Of a stretch of 53,432 nucleotides of DNA, positions 7,925-17,347 are shown one piece after another. Made by a program: the position numbers and the translations under genes. The stretch is taken from assembly GCA_937894955.1 (NCBI GenBank), contig CALAXO010000070.1, positions 1 to 53,432 on the forward strand, written 5' to 3'. This DNA is from an uncultured Clostridia bacterium (GTDB lineage: Bacteria; Bacillota; Clostridia; Christensenellales; CAG-138). How positions within the stretch are numbered: position 1 is the first letter of the stretch; each line of letters opens with the position of its first letter. The notes below the pieces were generated by a model. That model ran no database searches. It was not told the DNA's origin and saw only the letters and a list, made by a program, of their open reading frames with translations.

Positions 7925-8863
7925 TCAGGCTTTGTACGCTGCCGGAATGCCGTTGTTCGGCAGCGGCCGTTTTTCCTTTGCAAAAACGGCATCGGAAACG
8001 GCAAAAAGCCCCTGGAACAGAATGTTGTCGAGAATCGTCCTGTCGCGGCCGGTGCTCAACAGATTATATGCCGAAATTGCAGAATTTATCGAGATATTAA
8101 TAATAAATTCTGCATCATCGCGGGTGCAGCCGCAGATATTGAACGGGTTGAAAAGCGAGTGCTTTTTATCACTTTCGCGATCGTCCCATGCATCGCAAAG
8201 GTAGATGAACCTTCCGATAAAAAAACCTGTTTCCTTCAGCGCGGGTATTTCCTTTTGCGGAACGGGTGCCGATGCAAGCACATCGCGCAGCATTTCGCCG
8301 AAAATATTTGCGGGAAGATCCGGCGAACGCAGCGTTTGAGAACGCAGTTCCGCCGCCGAATCGTTTTTCGCAGCTTTGCGGCGGGGAAAAGCCCGGCTGC
8401 CGCGATAGAGTGCTTCAACGGAGGCAAGCTCCCGCATACTTTTTTTTACCGCTGCATAAACTTCCGGCCGACGCAAACGCGCTTTTTTGAATGCGCGGAG
8501 CAGGGGGAGTTTTGCGGCAATTCGCAGCGGCTTTCCGTCCGCAATATCGTCCGAAAGCTTGAATTCGGATAAAATAACGCAGACATCGGCTGCAAAATCG
8601 AGTGCGGCGGAAGGCGAACCGAGCATTGCCCGCTTTTTGCCGAAGGGCTTGAACGGGCAGTGCAGCAAATCTTCAGGCGGATCTTCTCCGCTGACGGAGG
8701 CAGCGAGCAGCGCAAGGAAGGTGCAGTCAAAGCTCAGCAGCGCACGGGCTGCTGTTCCGTACCGCGCCCCGAGGCGGCGGCACAACCCGCAGTACCATGC
8801 ATCATAGCGTGATTTTTCGCGAACCCGAAGCTCCGGAATGTTTGGCTTTATATATCCGAACAA
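7925..8863 (-). CDS. Hypothetical protein of the family I recall as DUF5685 (usual neighbour of the clostridial J-domain protein)
   Basis: The ORF is open from 8941, but a TTG at 8863 gives MFGYIKPNIPELRVRE...YDAWYCGLCRRLGARYG, the N-terminus typical of this family. The start choice is uncertain. Confidence 0.55.
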   Translation of the reverse strand: MFGYIKPNIPELRVREKSRYDAWYCGLCRRLGARYGTAARALLSFDCTFLALLAASVSGEDPPEDLLHCPFKPFGKKRAMLGSPSAALDFAADVCVILSEFKLSDDIADGKPLRIAAKLPLLRAFKKARLRRPEVYAAVKKSMRELASVEALYRGSRAFPRRKAAKNDSAAELRSQTLRSPDLPANIFGEMLRDVLASAPVPQKEIPALKETGFFIGRFIYLCDAWDDRESDKKHSLFNPFNICGCTRDDAEFIINISINSAISAYNLLSTGRDRTILDNILFQGLFAVSDAVFAKEKRPLPNNGIPAAYKA

Positions 8864-9047
8864 AATTTTTTCCGCCGAAAGTTGATTTTGCGGGCAAATC
8901 GCAGACGCGGCAGATTCCGCAAACGGGTTTGCCCATATCATATTTTATACCAATACGGACTTTTTTTCAACCGTCCCGAAGCAGGACAATTAAAGAAAAA
9001 CGCGGAAAATTATGAAATTAATGCGGCAATCGGTTCCGCAGCCCGTT

Positions 9048-10646
9048 TTAAAACACGCTCAATACGCACATATACATGACCGTATAACCGGCATATGCAA
9101 TCGCCGAGACTGTAAAAATTGCAGCGGTTCTTTCTTCTGACTTGCAGCTCATTGCAATTGCAGCGATAACCGCGGGCACAACGCTCAAATAGCGCATTGC
9201 GGAAAGCAGCCATGTGCAGCCCATAGTAAGCGCGAAATAGGCGAGAAAATGCAGCGTGTATGCGGCAGGAAGCTTGCGGGCGCGGCGAAGAATCAGCAGC
9301 GGAGTCAGCACAATCAGTGCGACCGTCGGCAGGAAGAGCACAAACACGGATGTGATGTTCGTTCCGGTAAACGCTCCCGCACTCAATACAGCCTTCAAAT
9401 CACCGATTGCCCTTTGATACATGTAGCGTGCCGTATCAAAGAAAAGGCCGAGACTCTGACTCCAGTTGGATTTTTGATAAACGGAGAACATAAACCAATC
9501 GCCCGCGACGACCTTGTTTATGTAAAGATAGGCAAGCGTGCCGAAGGTCGATATAACAAGCGAAAGCGCGATTTCCGCAATCGTTGACCCGATTTTTTTC
9601 CCGCTGCGGGCTCTGCGGACGCAGTGCCCGATGCCTTCAAGCACAAGAGGAACGGCAAGCAGCACGCCCGGCGAACGTGTGAATCCGGCGCATGCTGCGG
9701 CTATGCCCGCCGCAAGGTATTTCTTTTTTTGCAGCGCATAGAAGCAAAGTGCGGTGAAAAGCATGAACAGCGGCTCTGTCATTCCCGAATTCAGAAAAAT
9801 CGAACCGGGCAGCATCAGCCAGATGAAGGGTGCAAGGCGAGCTTTTTTTTCACCGAGCAGAGGACGAAGCGTGAGATACAGAATGCCTGCCGTTGAGCAG
9901 GAGGCGAGCGTGTTGATTATTTGTGCGGAAACAAAGCTGCTTTGGGTCAACAGGTTGAATCCGCGCATAAGCAGCGGCAGCATCGGAAAAAACACGATGA
10001 GCACGCTGTCTTTGCCTGTTGCAGCATACCAGTTTTCGGCTATGCTGCAGTAATGCGGGGCGTCCGTGTTGACTTTTGTCCACGCAGCTTGCCAAAGGCT
10101 GAGCAAACTGCCCTGAAAATTACGATTAAGACAGTAAAAAACGATCATTCCGAATATTGTCAGTGCCGCACGAAGAATGAATGCGGCAAGAACGATTTTC
10201 AGGAAGGTTTTTCCGTTTGCCTTTTCGGCGCCGGACGGTGCAAGCTGAGCATCGTCCCCGCTCAAAACTTTGATGATCTGAGGAACGGCCGCAATAAGCA
10301 CCGCGGTAAAAACGGCAAGCGACACTGCCGAAACCGCAAGGCTGTCAATACTGAACTTTGCGCTGTTTTTGGCACAGTACACAGCGAACAGCACGGAAAA
10401 GACAATTATGATAAATAAGCGAACAAAAAGCACGGCGCGCTTTTTGGGACTCATTCGCCCGATTTTATTGAAAATGCCGGTTTTTTTCGGCTTTGCTTCT
10501 TCAACAGACGGTTGAAACGGTTCGCCTGCCGGGTCTTGAGACATATCGCTCTGCGGCAGCGCATTTGCTGTATCGGCTGCTGAGTAACCAAACACATTTT
10601 CGTCGGAGCTTTGAATATTATTTGTTTCGCCGCTTCTGCTTTCCAT
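9048..10646 (-). CDS. Polytopic membrane protein, GT-C-type glycosyltransferase-like (PMT/ArnT/PIG-V-like)
   Basis: GGGAGGAG RBS before the ATG at 10646. About 90-aa soluble N-terminus followed by more than 10 TM helices. The functional call is from overall architecture only. Confidence 0.45.
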   Translation of the reverse strand: MESRSGETNNIQSSDENVFGYSAADTANALPQSDMSQDPAGEPFQPSVEEAKPKKTGIFNKIGRMSPKKRAVLFVRLFIIIVFSVLFAVYCAKNSAKFSIDSLAVSAVSLAVFTAVLIAAVPQIIKVLSGDDAQLAPSGAEKANGKTFLKIVLAAFILRAALTIFGMIVFYCLNRNFQGSLLSLWQAAWTKVNTDAPHYCSIAENWYAATGKDSVLIVFFPMLPLLMRGFNLLTQSSFVSAQIINTLASCSTAGILYLTLRPLLGEKKARLAPFIWLMLPGSIFLNSGMTEPLFMLFTALCFYALQKKKYLAAGIAAACAGFTRSPGVLLAVPLVLEGIGHCVRRARSGKKIGSTIAEIALSLVISTFGTLAYLYINKVVAGDWFMFSVYQKSNWSQSLGLFFDTARYMYQRAIGDLKAVLSAGAFTGTNITSVFVLFLPTVALIVLTPLLILRRARKLPAAYTLHFLAYFALTMGCTWLLSAMRYLSVVPAVIAAIAMSCKSEERTAAIFTVSAIAYAGYTVMYMCVLSVF

Positions 10647-10761
10647 AAAAAGGTTCTCCTCCCGCAAAGATTTTAATCAGAGCTTTTTCAAGTATATCAC
10701 ACTATGCGCACTTATTCAATGCAAAAAACAAACAAGAACGTGAAAGGAAAGCGGGAAAAAG

Positions 10762-10800
10762 CAAAAACCCAAAAAACCGGACAGGCTTTCGCCTGCCCGG
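10762..10800 (-). terminator. Rho-independent terminator of the BMP gene
   Basis: Minus strand reads CCGGGCAGGCGAAAGCCTGTCCGG followed by TTTTTTGGGTTTTTGC. Confidence 0.7.
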
Positions 10801-10872
10801 CCGGGTTTCATGCTGCCGTAAACCTGTGAACCGAATCGATGAAAGGATTCCGCTCACGACGGCTGCAATTTG

Positions 10873-12051
10873 TTACATAATGTTGTCGTATTCGTTTACG
10901 ATGATGCCGTGTGCGGGCATTGCGGAAGTATCGTCGGATACCTTAACGGTGCCGTCGAACATGCTCTTTACAAGAGCCTTATAGTCGTCCTTTGTGAAGG
11001 TGTCCGCCCACTGAGTGGATTCCATGGGGAGCTGAACGTAGTTAAGTTCGGGGTCGTCGCCGGATACGAGGCCGAGGGTTGCGATCTTGCCGCCGTAGTT
11101 AGCCCAATTGCCGTTTTCGATAACGTCCTTGAGGGTTGCCTTGACGGTTGCGCCGAGACCCTTCATTGCGGAGGTAACGGTCATGCCTTCGGTGCCGAGC
11201 TTGTTGATGGTTGCAGCCTGGTCGGTGTCAACGCCGATAACCTTGCCGTTTGCCTTCTTTGCGGCTTCGGTTGCGGAGGTGTAGATGCCGCCGCCGCATG
11301 CGAACACAACCTGAACGCCCTTTTCCTGATACCAGGTGTCCATATAAGCGGTGATTTCGGGAGTGCCCGAGAACTTGTTGCCGTAAACATATTCAACGGT
11401 GATTTCATCGTTCATTTCTTTGCCTGCATCGTTGCAGCCCTGAACGAAACCGTAGCCGTAGCGGATAACAGCGGGAACCGCCATGCCGCCGAGGAAGCCG
11501 AGGTGGGTATAACCGAGCTTAACCGCTGCATAACCTGCCATATAGCCGCAGAGTTCCTCTTTGTAAACTGCGCAGTATACGTTCTCGCTGATGTGTTCCT
11601 TGTTGTTCTCGTCGATGAGGCCGGTTCTTGCGCCGTTTTCGTCATGCTTATAGAAGCAGTCGAAAAGGTCATATTCGGAAACATCGAGAGCGATGAACTT
11701 AACATCCTTGTACTCTTCCTTGTCCTGAACCTGATAAAGCGTTCCCGCAAAAGCAAAGCCGGGCATAACGATGATGTTGTAGCCGCCGTCGATGGCTTCT
11801 TCAACTTTTGCAACGCGCTCTTCGGTGGAGTCGCCTGCGGGTTTGAAGTACTGGAAGTCGATCTTGTTTGCATCGCAGTATTCCTTGCAGGCTTCATAGG
11901 TGGTCTGGTTGAAAGACTGGTCGGTGATGTCGCCGTAGTCGGTGATCATTGCGACTTTGTAGTCGCCGTCCTGTGTTCCGCCCCGGTCACATGCGGCAAG
12001 CATGGGAACGAGCATCAGTGCTGCAAGAATGATTGCAAGCAGTTTTTTCAT
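10873..12051 (-). CDS. BMP-family (Med/PnrA-like) ABC-transporter substrate-binding lipoprotein
   Basis: GGAGG RBS before the ATG at 12051. Signal peptide plus lipobox (MLAAC). KVAMITDYGDITDQSFNQTTYE...NIIVMPGFAF...FLGGMAVPAVIRYGYGFVQG is typical of BMP proteins. Confidence 0.85.
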   Translation of the reverse strand: MKKLLAIILAALMLVPMLAACDRGGTQDGDYKVAMITDYGDITDQSFNQTTYEACKEYCDANKIDFQYFKPAGDSTEERVAKVEEAIDGGYNIIVMPGFAFAGTLYQVQDKEEYKDVKFIALDVSEYDLFDCFYKHDENGARTGLIDENNKEHISENVYCAVYKEELCGYMAGYAAVKLGYTHLGFLGGMAVPAVIRYGYGFVQGCNDAGKEMNDEITVEYVYGNKFSGTPEITAYMDTWYQEKGVQVVFACGGGIYTSATEAAKKANGKVIGVDTDQAATINKLGTEGMTVTSAMKGLGATVKATLKDVIENGNWANYGGKIATLGLVSGDDPELNYVQLPMESTQWADTFTKDDYKALVKSMFDGTVKVSDDTSAMPAHGIIVNEYDNIM

Positions 12052-12468
12052 GGTATTTATCCTCCATGTGGAAAATTTGATTATATACGCACCGTTCGGC
12101 AGTAAATTCCGCGTATAAACTGCGTATATATTCATTATAACAAACTTTCCCGCAAAAGGGAAGAGGAAAAATGAATCGGAAGTGTTTTTTTCAGAAAAAC
12201 TTTGACGGTTTTTTTCGGAAACGCTGCCGGATTGCATAAGATGCACGCTTTAATTCAGCGGAGACACAAAGAAGCCGGAATGCAAGCACGCCGACTTCTT
12301 ATATGTTATAAGAGCGAAAAAACAAACTTCCGCCAAGCCCATAAGATGTCTTTATCGAGCACTTTCACAAGCAGAACCCCTCGACTGTGGTTATTCATCT
12401 TTTTTGCGAAGGGTTATGATCCCTGTTCCTGCGGTAATAACCGCAATACTGAGACCGATAAGGCCGAC

Positions 12469-12564
12469 TGTGCCGGTTCCGGGTACGGGAGTGGGTTCCG
12501 GCACATCGGCGAAGAAATTCTCTCGTACGCTTGTGCCGGTTCCGGGCACGGGAGTGGGTTCCGG
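12469..12564. repeat. In-frame 63-bp-period coding repeat (PEPTPVPGTGT linker)
   Basis: TGTGCCGGTTCCGGG(T/C)ACGGGAGTGGGTTCCGG occurs at 12469-12501 and 12532-12564. Confidence 0.9.
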
Positions 12565-13418
12565 AGTGTCTGTGGGAGGCACGGGTGTGGGTTCCGTCGG
12601 CTGATCGGGATCCGAAACTTCAAGATCGTTCGGCAGGAATATTGCCATATAATCACCGCCGTTGTAAAGCCCTCCGCAAAACTCGGTTTCCCCGGTATGA
12701 TGATCGAGAATATAGAGCCTGTTGGACAGGGAGTTGCACCGGTAAATGCACTGGCTGCAGTGGTCGAATTTCATTGTGTTTGCGAAACAGGTCGGAATGC
12801 CGGTATCGGCGATGATTGTGCATCTGCCTGTTTCGAGGTTGACGCTTGCCGATCTGCCTGTATCCGTCCGGTCATAGGAACCGGTATCGCTTGCAGGAGT
12901 CGTGTAGGCATTTCCTTCGGAATCGATTGTGAAACCCCATGCATTTTTGCCGAGGGCATTCATTTCGGCAATGGTTGTAACAGAACCGTCGCGGCGGTCC
13001 GCTTCGATAAGCCAAAAGTCGCTGCAGTAATGAGTCGCCATTGCGAACATGCGCTGCCGTTCGTAATCATAAGCCATGTCATAAACGAAGCAGCCGCCTG
13101 CTTCCTCGCCGGCAGGGAAGGTGAATTTTTCAAGCGGAGCATAATAATCCATAATGCCGAACCAACGCACAATTTCCTGACCGTTGGAAAAAAACAGGAA
13201 GACACAGTCCTGCTGTGACATAACTCGATAGCTGAATTCGAGAACCTGCCCTGCTTGCGCAAAAACGGTGGTGGAGACGTTTGATTTTGAGTTGTCCGAG
13301 TCGCGGTTTGATGATTTTGCTGCATCGATGTCAATGGACCGGTCGAGTGCATTGTCGGAATCTCCGTTAAAGAAAGTAAGCTTTCCTTCTTCAATGTTCA
13401 GTACTTCGTCAAGAGTCT

Positions 13419-13507
13419 GCGCATTCCGCGCGTCGGCGGGAAGCCCTCCAACAAACGGGAATTTCACAATACAGTTTAAGCGCATTCCGCGCGTCGGCGG
13501 GAAGCCC
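13419..13507. repeat. Exact 28-bp direct repeat x2 flanking a unique 33-bp insert
   Basis: GCGCATTCCGCGCGTCGGCGGGAAGCCC occurs at 13419-13446 and 13480-13507. The insert TCCAACAAACGGGAATTTCACAATACAGTTTAA is at 13447-13479. The flanking bases differ on both sides. Confidence 0.95.
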
Positions 13508-14019
13508 GTTTGTGTCCGTTAAAAACGGTGCAGCTCCTGCAAGCGGCGCAGCAGCGACCGAAAGCAGTGCCACGGCAGTTACGATCAGTGCAAAAAACTT
13601 TTTCATTTTTTTCCGTATTGTTTAATTTTTGCCCGTCAGCGGGCTGTGTTCCTGCGGCTGCGGCTCTTGTGCTGCCGTTCACCGCCGCATTCGGAACAGA
13701 AGCCCTTTCCCGCGCCGACCGGCAAAACGAAAAATATAAATTGCGGAGCAGGGGCTCAAAGAAAACTGCGCACCGGAGCAGGACGACGGCAGTTTTCGGC
13801 CGGAATAAAATACCTGCGGGCAAAACGCCGTTAAATACAATAAATATGCGGCGAACGCCGCTTTCTTCAAAATCCGGCTGAAAAATCCCGTTCGGCAGTT
13901 GAAAGAAACCGCGCAGGGTATTATAATATGGTATGAGTATGCGGAGCGGTACGGAGTTTTTGCGAACTTCGGATGATTTGCCTATGCGCCGCATCCGACA
14001 CGAAAGGAGAAAACGGAAA

Positions 14020-14901
14020 ATGAGGAGAAGTATGCTGTTTTTGCCCGGCAACACGCCGAACATGATCATAAACGGCGATGCGCTCGGTGCCGACAGTATC
14101 ATTCTGGATCTGGAAGATGCAGTCTCGCCGGATGAAAAGGATTCCGCAAGGCTGCTCGTTCGCAGTGCAATGAAGAATATGGGCTTTGTCGGCTGTGAGA
14201 TCACCGTCCGCATAAATTCAATAGATACCGATTACTGGAAGGACGATCTTGAGGCCGTGATTCCTCTTAAGCCTGACCTTATTATGCCCCCAAAGGCAAG
14301 CTGCGCGGAGGATATGCGCATTGTTGATGAATACATTGCGGGAATCGAACGCCGCTGCGGCATGGAAGTCGGAACGGTAAAACTTATTCCGCTTATCGAA
14401 ACGGCTCTCGGTGTTGAAAACGCATTCAATATAGCCTCGGCCTGCCCGCGCGTTGCGGCATTATTCCTCGGCGGTGAGGATCTGACGGCGGATTTGCGCT
14501 GCAAGCGCACAAAGCAGGGCAACGAGATAAACTATGCCCGCACGCGGCTCGTTTGCGCCGCCCGTGCGGCCGGGATCGATGTTTATGACACTCCGTTCAC
14601 GGATGTTAACGATGACGAGGGCATAGTGCGCGACGCGGAATATGCAAAAAGCCTCGGCTTCAGCGGCAAATCTGCGATTGCACCGCGCCATGTCCGCGTG
14701 ATAAACGAAGTGTTCAGCCCGTCCGCAAAGGATATTGAGTACGCAAAGCTTGTGTTCGAGGCGATTCGCATCGGCAAGGAACAGGGCAAAGGCGCAGTTT
14801 CGCTGCGCGGCAAAATGATAGACAAGCCCATTGTTGAGCGCGCAAGGCAAACGCTTGAAATCGCAAAACAACTCGGACTGGACGGAGGTGCCGAACAATG
14901 A
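14020..14901 (+). CDS. citE: Citrate lyase beta subunit (citryl-CoA lyase)
   Basis: AAAGGAG RBS before the ATG at 14020. RRSMLFLPGN...DSIILDLEDAV...LIPLIETA...FLGGEDLTADL is HpcH/CitE-typical. The stop overlaps the citF start (ATGA). Confidence 0.88.
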   Translation: MRRSMLFLPGNTPNMIINGDALGADSIILDLEDAVSPDEKDSARLLVRSAMKNMGFVGCEITVRINSIDTDYWKDDLEAVIPLKPDLIMPPKASCAEDMRIVDEYIAGIERRCGMEVGTVKLIPLIETALGVENAFNIASACPRVAALFLGGEDLTADLRCKRTKQGNEINYARTRLVCAARAAGIDVYDTPFTDVNDDEGIVRDAEYAKSLGFSGKSAIAPRHVRVINEVFSPSAKDIEYAKLVFEAIRIGKEQGKGAVSLRGKMIDKPIVERARQTLEIAKQLGLDGGAEQ

Positions 14902-16307
14902 AAACAAAGCTTACCGAATCTGTCAAACAGGCAATTGTCAACAGCGGACTCCGCAGCGGAATGACAATTTCGTTCCATCACCACCTGCGCAACGGCGACT
15001 ATGTTTTGAACATGGTGCTTGAGGCGATTGCGGAACTCGGCATCGGCGATCTGACGGTGAACGCAAGCTCACTCTTTGATGCGCACCGTCCGCTTAAGGA
15101 ACATATCAAAAACGGCGTTGCAACAACGCTTCAAACGGACTACATGTCACGGGAACTCGGAAGATTCATTTCTGCCGGCGGAATGAAAAACCCCGTTCAA
15201 TTCCGCACGCACGGCGGCAGACCCTGCGATATTGAAAACGGAAAAACTCCGATCGATGTTGCATTTATCGCCGCGCCTGCTTCGGATGCAATGGGCAATT
15301 GCACGGGCAAAATCGGCAAATCCGCCTGCGGCTCGCTGGGCTATGCAATTCCGGACGCAAAATGTGCAAAGCATGTTGTTGTTATCACCGACGAACTGCA
15401 TCCCTATCCTCTCATCGAATGGTCGATTCCCGAGACGGATGTTGATCAGGTCGTTGCGGTGGAGTCCATCGGTGACCCGAACGGAATCGTTTCCGGAACA
15501 ACAAAAATCACCCGCGATCCCGTCGGTTTGCTGATGGCAATGACGGCTGTGGACGTTATAAAAGCTTCCGGTTTGCTGAAGGAAGGCTTCTCGTTCCAGA
15601 CGGGCGCGGGCGGAGCATCCCTTGCGGCGGCAAAATATCTTAAGGATGTTATGCTTGCCGAAAAAATACGCGGCAGCTTCGGCCTCGGCGGCATCACGGG
15701 CTATATGGTGGATATGCTCAACGAGGGCTGCTTCGAATCCCTGCTGGATGTTCAGTGCTTCGATTTGAAGGCGGTTGAATCCATAAGGAGCAACCCGCGT
15801 CACCGTGAGATTTCCGCAACACATTATGCTTCCCCCGGTGCAAAAAGCGCGGTGACGGACAGCCTTGATGTTGTGATTCTCGGCGCAACGCAGATAGACA
15901 CGGATTTTAATATCAACGTGCATACGGATTCCAACGGCAGTATAATGGGCGGCTCGGGCGGACACAGCGATACTGCGGCGGGTGCAAAACTTGCAATGAT
16001 AATCGCGCCGCTTTCCCGTGCAAGGCTCCCCATCGTGACGGACAGGGTGAACTGCATATCCACTCCGGGCAGCACGATAGACGTGCTTGTCACTCAAAAG
16101 GGCGTTGCCGTGAACCCGAAAAACACGGAACTGCATGACAGACTGCGTGAGGCAGGCATAAAACTTGTTGACATAAACGAGCTCAAAGCCCTGGCGGAAC
16201 GCACGGGCGGCGTGCCGAAAAAGCCCGCTCTCGGCGACAGAATCGTTGCAAACGTTATCTATCGCGACGGAACGGTTATCGACACGATAAAGCAGGTCGC
16301 GGACTGA
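14898..16307 (+). CDS. citF: Citrate lyase alpha subunit (citrate CoA-transferase)
   Basis: 469 aa with ISFHHHLRNGDYVLNMV and other CitF-typical blocks. Translationally coupled to citE. Confidence 0.88.
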   Translation: MKTKLTESVKQAIVNSGLRSGMTISFHHHLRNGDYVLNMVLEAIAELGIGDLTVNASSLFDAHRPLKEHIKNGVATTLQTDYMSRELGRFISAGGMKNPVQFRTHGGRPCDIENGKTPIDVAFIAAPASDAMGNCTGKIGKSACGSLGYAIPDAKCAKHVVVITDELHPYPLIEWSIPETDVDQVVAVESIGDPNGIVSGTTKITRDPVGLLMAMTAVDVIKASGLLKEGFSFQTGAGGASLAAAKYLKDVMLAEKIRGSFGLGGITGYMVDMLNEGCFESLLDVQCFDLKAVESIRSNPRHREISATHYASPGAKSAVTDSLDVVILGATQIDTDFNINVHTDSNGSIMGGSGGHSDTAAGAKLAMIIAPLSRARLPIVTDRVNCISTPGSTIDVLVTQKGVAVNPKNTELHDRLREAGIKLVDINELKALAERTGGVPKKPALGDRIVANVIYRDGTVIDTIKQVAD

Positions 16308-16488
16308 GCGGAATTGCGGTCCGAAAACTGACTGAAAAGCTGCGGGCGAGCGGGGCGGCAAAACAAAACGGCCGCGTTCGCCTGCACAAACAGAATACAT
16401 AAATGCCGGTTCGAATCGTTCGAAATACAAAATGCGGAGATTTAAAACCCGGTGTGTTCAAAAAAATACAGCATAAAGGAGATAAACC

Positions 16489-17328
16489 ATGCGGGAAATT
16501 AACGCGCAGCTCATAACCGATAAGGTTGCGGAGCTTTGCATTGACGCCAATTGCAGCCTCCCCTGCGATATCAGAAAGCGCATTGAGGATGCAAGGGCAA
16601 ACGAACCGTGGGCAACGGCTCGGGGCATACTCGATAAGATTATCGAAAACTATAATATTGCGGATGAAAACCGCGCACCCATCTGCCAGGATACGGGCGT
16701 TGCCTGTGTGTTTTTGAAGATCGGGCAGGATGTCCATATCAACGGCGACCTTACGGAGGCCGTCAACGAGGGTGTTCGCCGCGGCTATCGCGACGGATAT
16801 CTGCGTAAATCCGTTGTTAAAGACCCTCTGCGCAGAGTCAACACGGGCGACAACACGCCCGCAATGCTCTATATCGAGCTTGTTCCGGGCGATAAAATCG
16901 AGCTTACCGTTGCACCGAAAGGCTTCGGCAGCGAGAACATGAGCCGCATTGCAATGCTCAAGCCCTCAGACGGCATTGAAGGCGTGAAGAATTTCATCCT
17001 TAAAACGGCGGAAGAGGCGGGCCCCAATCCGTGTCCCCCGATCGTTATCGGCGTCGGCATCGGCGGAACGTTCGACAAAGCAGCATTGCTTGCGAAAAAA
17101 GCATTGATGCGCAGCACCGACGAACGCAATGCGGATGAGTTTTATGCGGAGCTGGAAAATGAAATGCTTCAAAAGGTCAATGCTCTCGGCATCGGGCCGC
17201 AGGGCTTCGGCGGAAAAACCACTGCGCTTGCGGTCAATATCGAGGCTATGCCCACGCATATTGCAGGCTTGCCCGTTGCAGTGAACATCAATTGTCATGT
17301 TACAAGGCATAAGAGCGCGATAATCTGA
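16489..17328 (+). CDS. Fe-S hydro-lyase alpha subunit (class I fumarate hydratase / L-tartrate dehydratase N-terminal type)
   Basis: AAAGGAG RBS. PICQDTGVACVFLKIGQDV and IVIGVGIGGTFD are motifs typical of the class I fumarase/TtdA family. Confidence 0.88.
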   Translation: MREINAQLITDKVAELCIDANCSLPCDIRKRIEDARANEPWATARGILDKIIENYNIADENRAPICQDTGVACVFLKIGQDVHINGDLTEAVNEGVRRGYRDGYLRKSVVKDPLRRVNTGDNTPAMLYIELVPGDKIELTVAPKGFGSENMSRIAMLKPSDGIEGVKNFILKTAEEAGPNPCPPIVIGVGIGGTFDKAALLAKKALMRSTDERNADEFYAELENEMLQKVNALGIGPQGFGGKTTALAVNIEAMPTHIAGLPVAVNINCHVTRHKSAII

Positions 17329-17347
17329 GGTCGGGAGGAACATAAAA

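Larger units (their letters stand above)
12391..13606 (-). pseudogene. Cell-surface protein gene (signal peptide, Pro/Thr linkers, C-terminal TM anchor) split by a 61-bp insertion
   Basis: ORF 13606-13409 holds the signal peptide MKKFFALIVTAVALLSVAAAPLAGA and ORF 13485-12391 the remainder. GLPADARNA is encoded twice, and removing 61 bp restores ...TDTNGLPADARNAQTLDEVLNIEEGKL... Confidence 0.7.

Noticed and set aside
10870-12105. 411-aa + strand ORF (Val/Ala/Gly-rich)
   Set aside because: It is fully antisense to the well-supported BMP lipoprotein gene. It has no RBS and a low-complexity composition typical of the antisense frame of a GC-rich gene.
12052-12140. Possible riboswitch in the leader of the BMP (nucleoside-binding type) gene: minus-strand ATATACGCA...TGCGTATAT stem enclosing small CAGT/ACTG and CCG/CGG hairpins, downstream of TGTTATAAT
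   Set aside because: The enclosed region is only about 29 nt. It lacks the conserved purine-riboswitch junction and loop sequences I remember, or those of any other class I can recall. It is probably just a leader hairpin.
12202-13218. 338-aa + strand ORF
   Set aside because: It is antisense to the surface-protein gene and has no signal or motif support.
13476-14213. 245-aa minus-strand ORF spanning the intergenic region upstream of citE
   Set aside because: It overlaps the start of citE and the signal-peptide exon of the surface-protein gene. Its composition is Arg/Ser/Ala-rich and it has no RBS.
15147-16430. 427-aa minus-strand ORF
   Set aside because: It is antisense to citF, has no RBS or motifs, and shows Arg/Ala-rich shadow-ORF composition.
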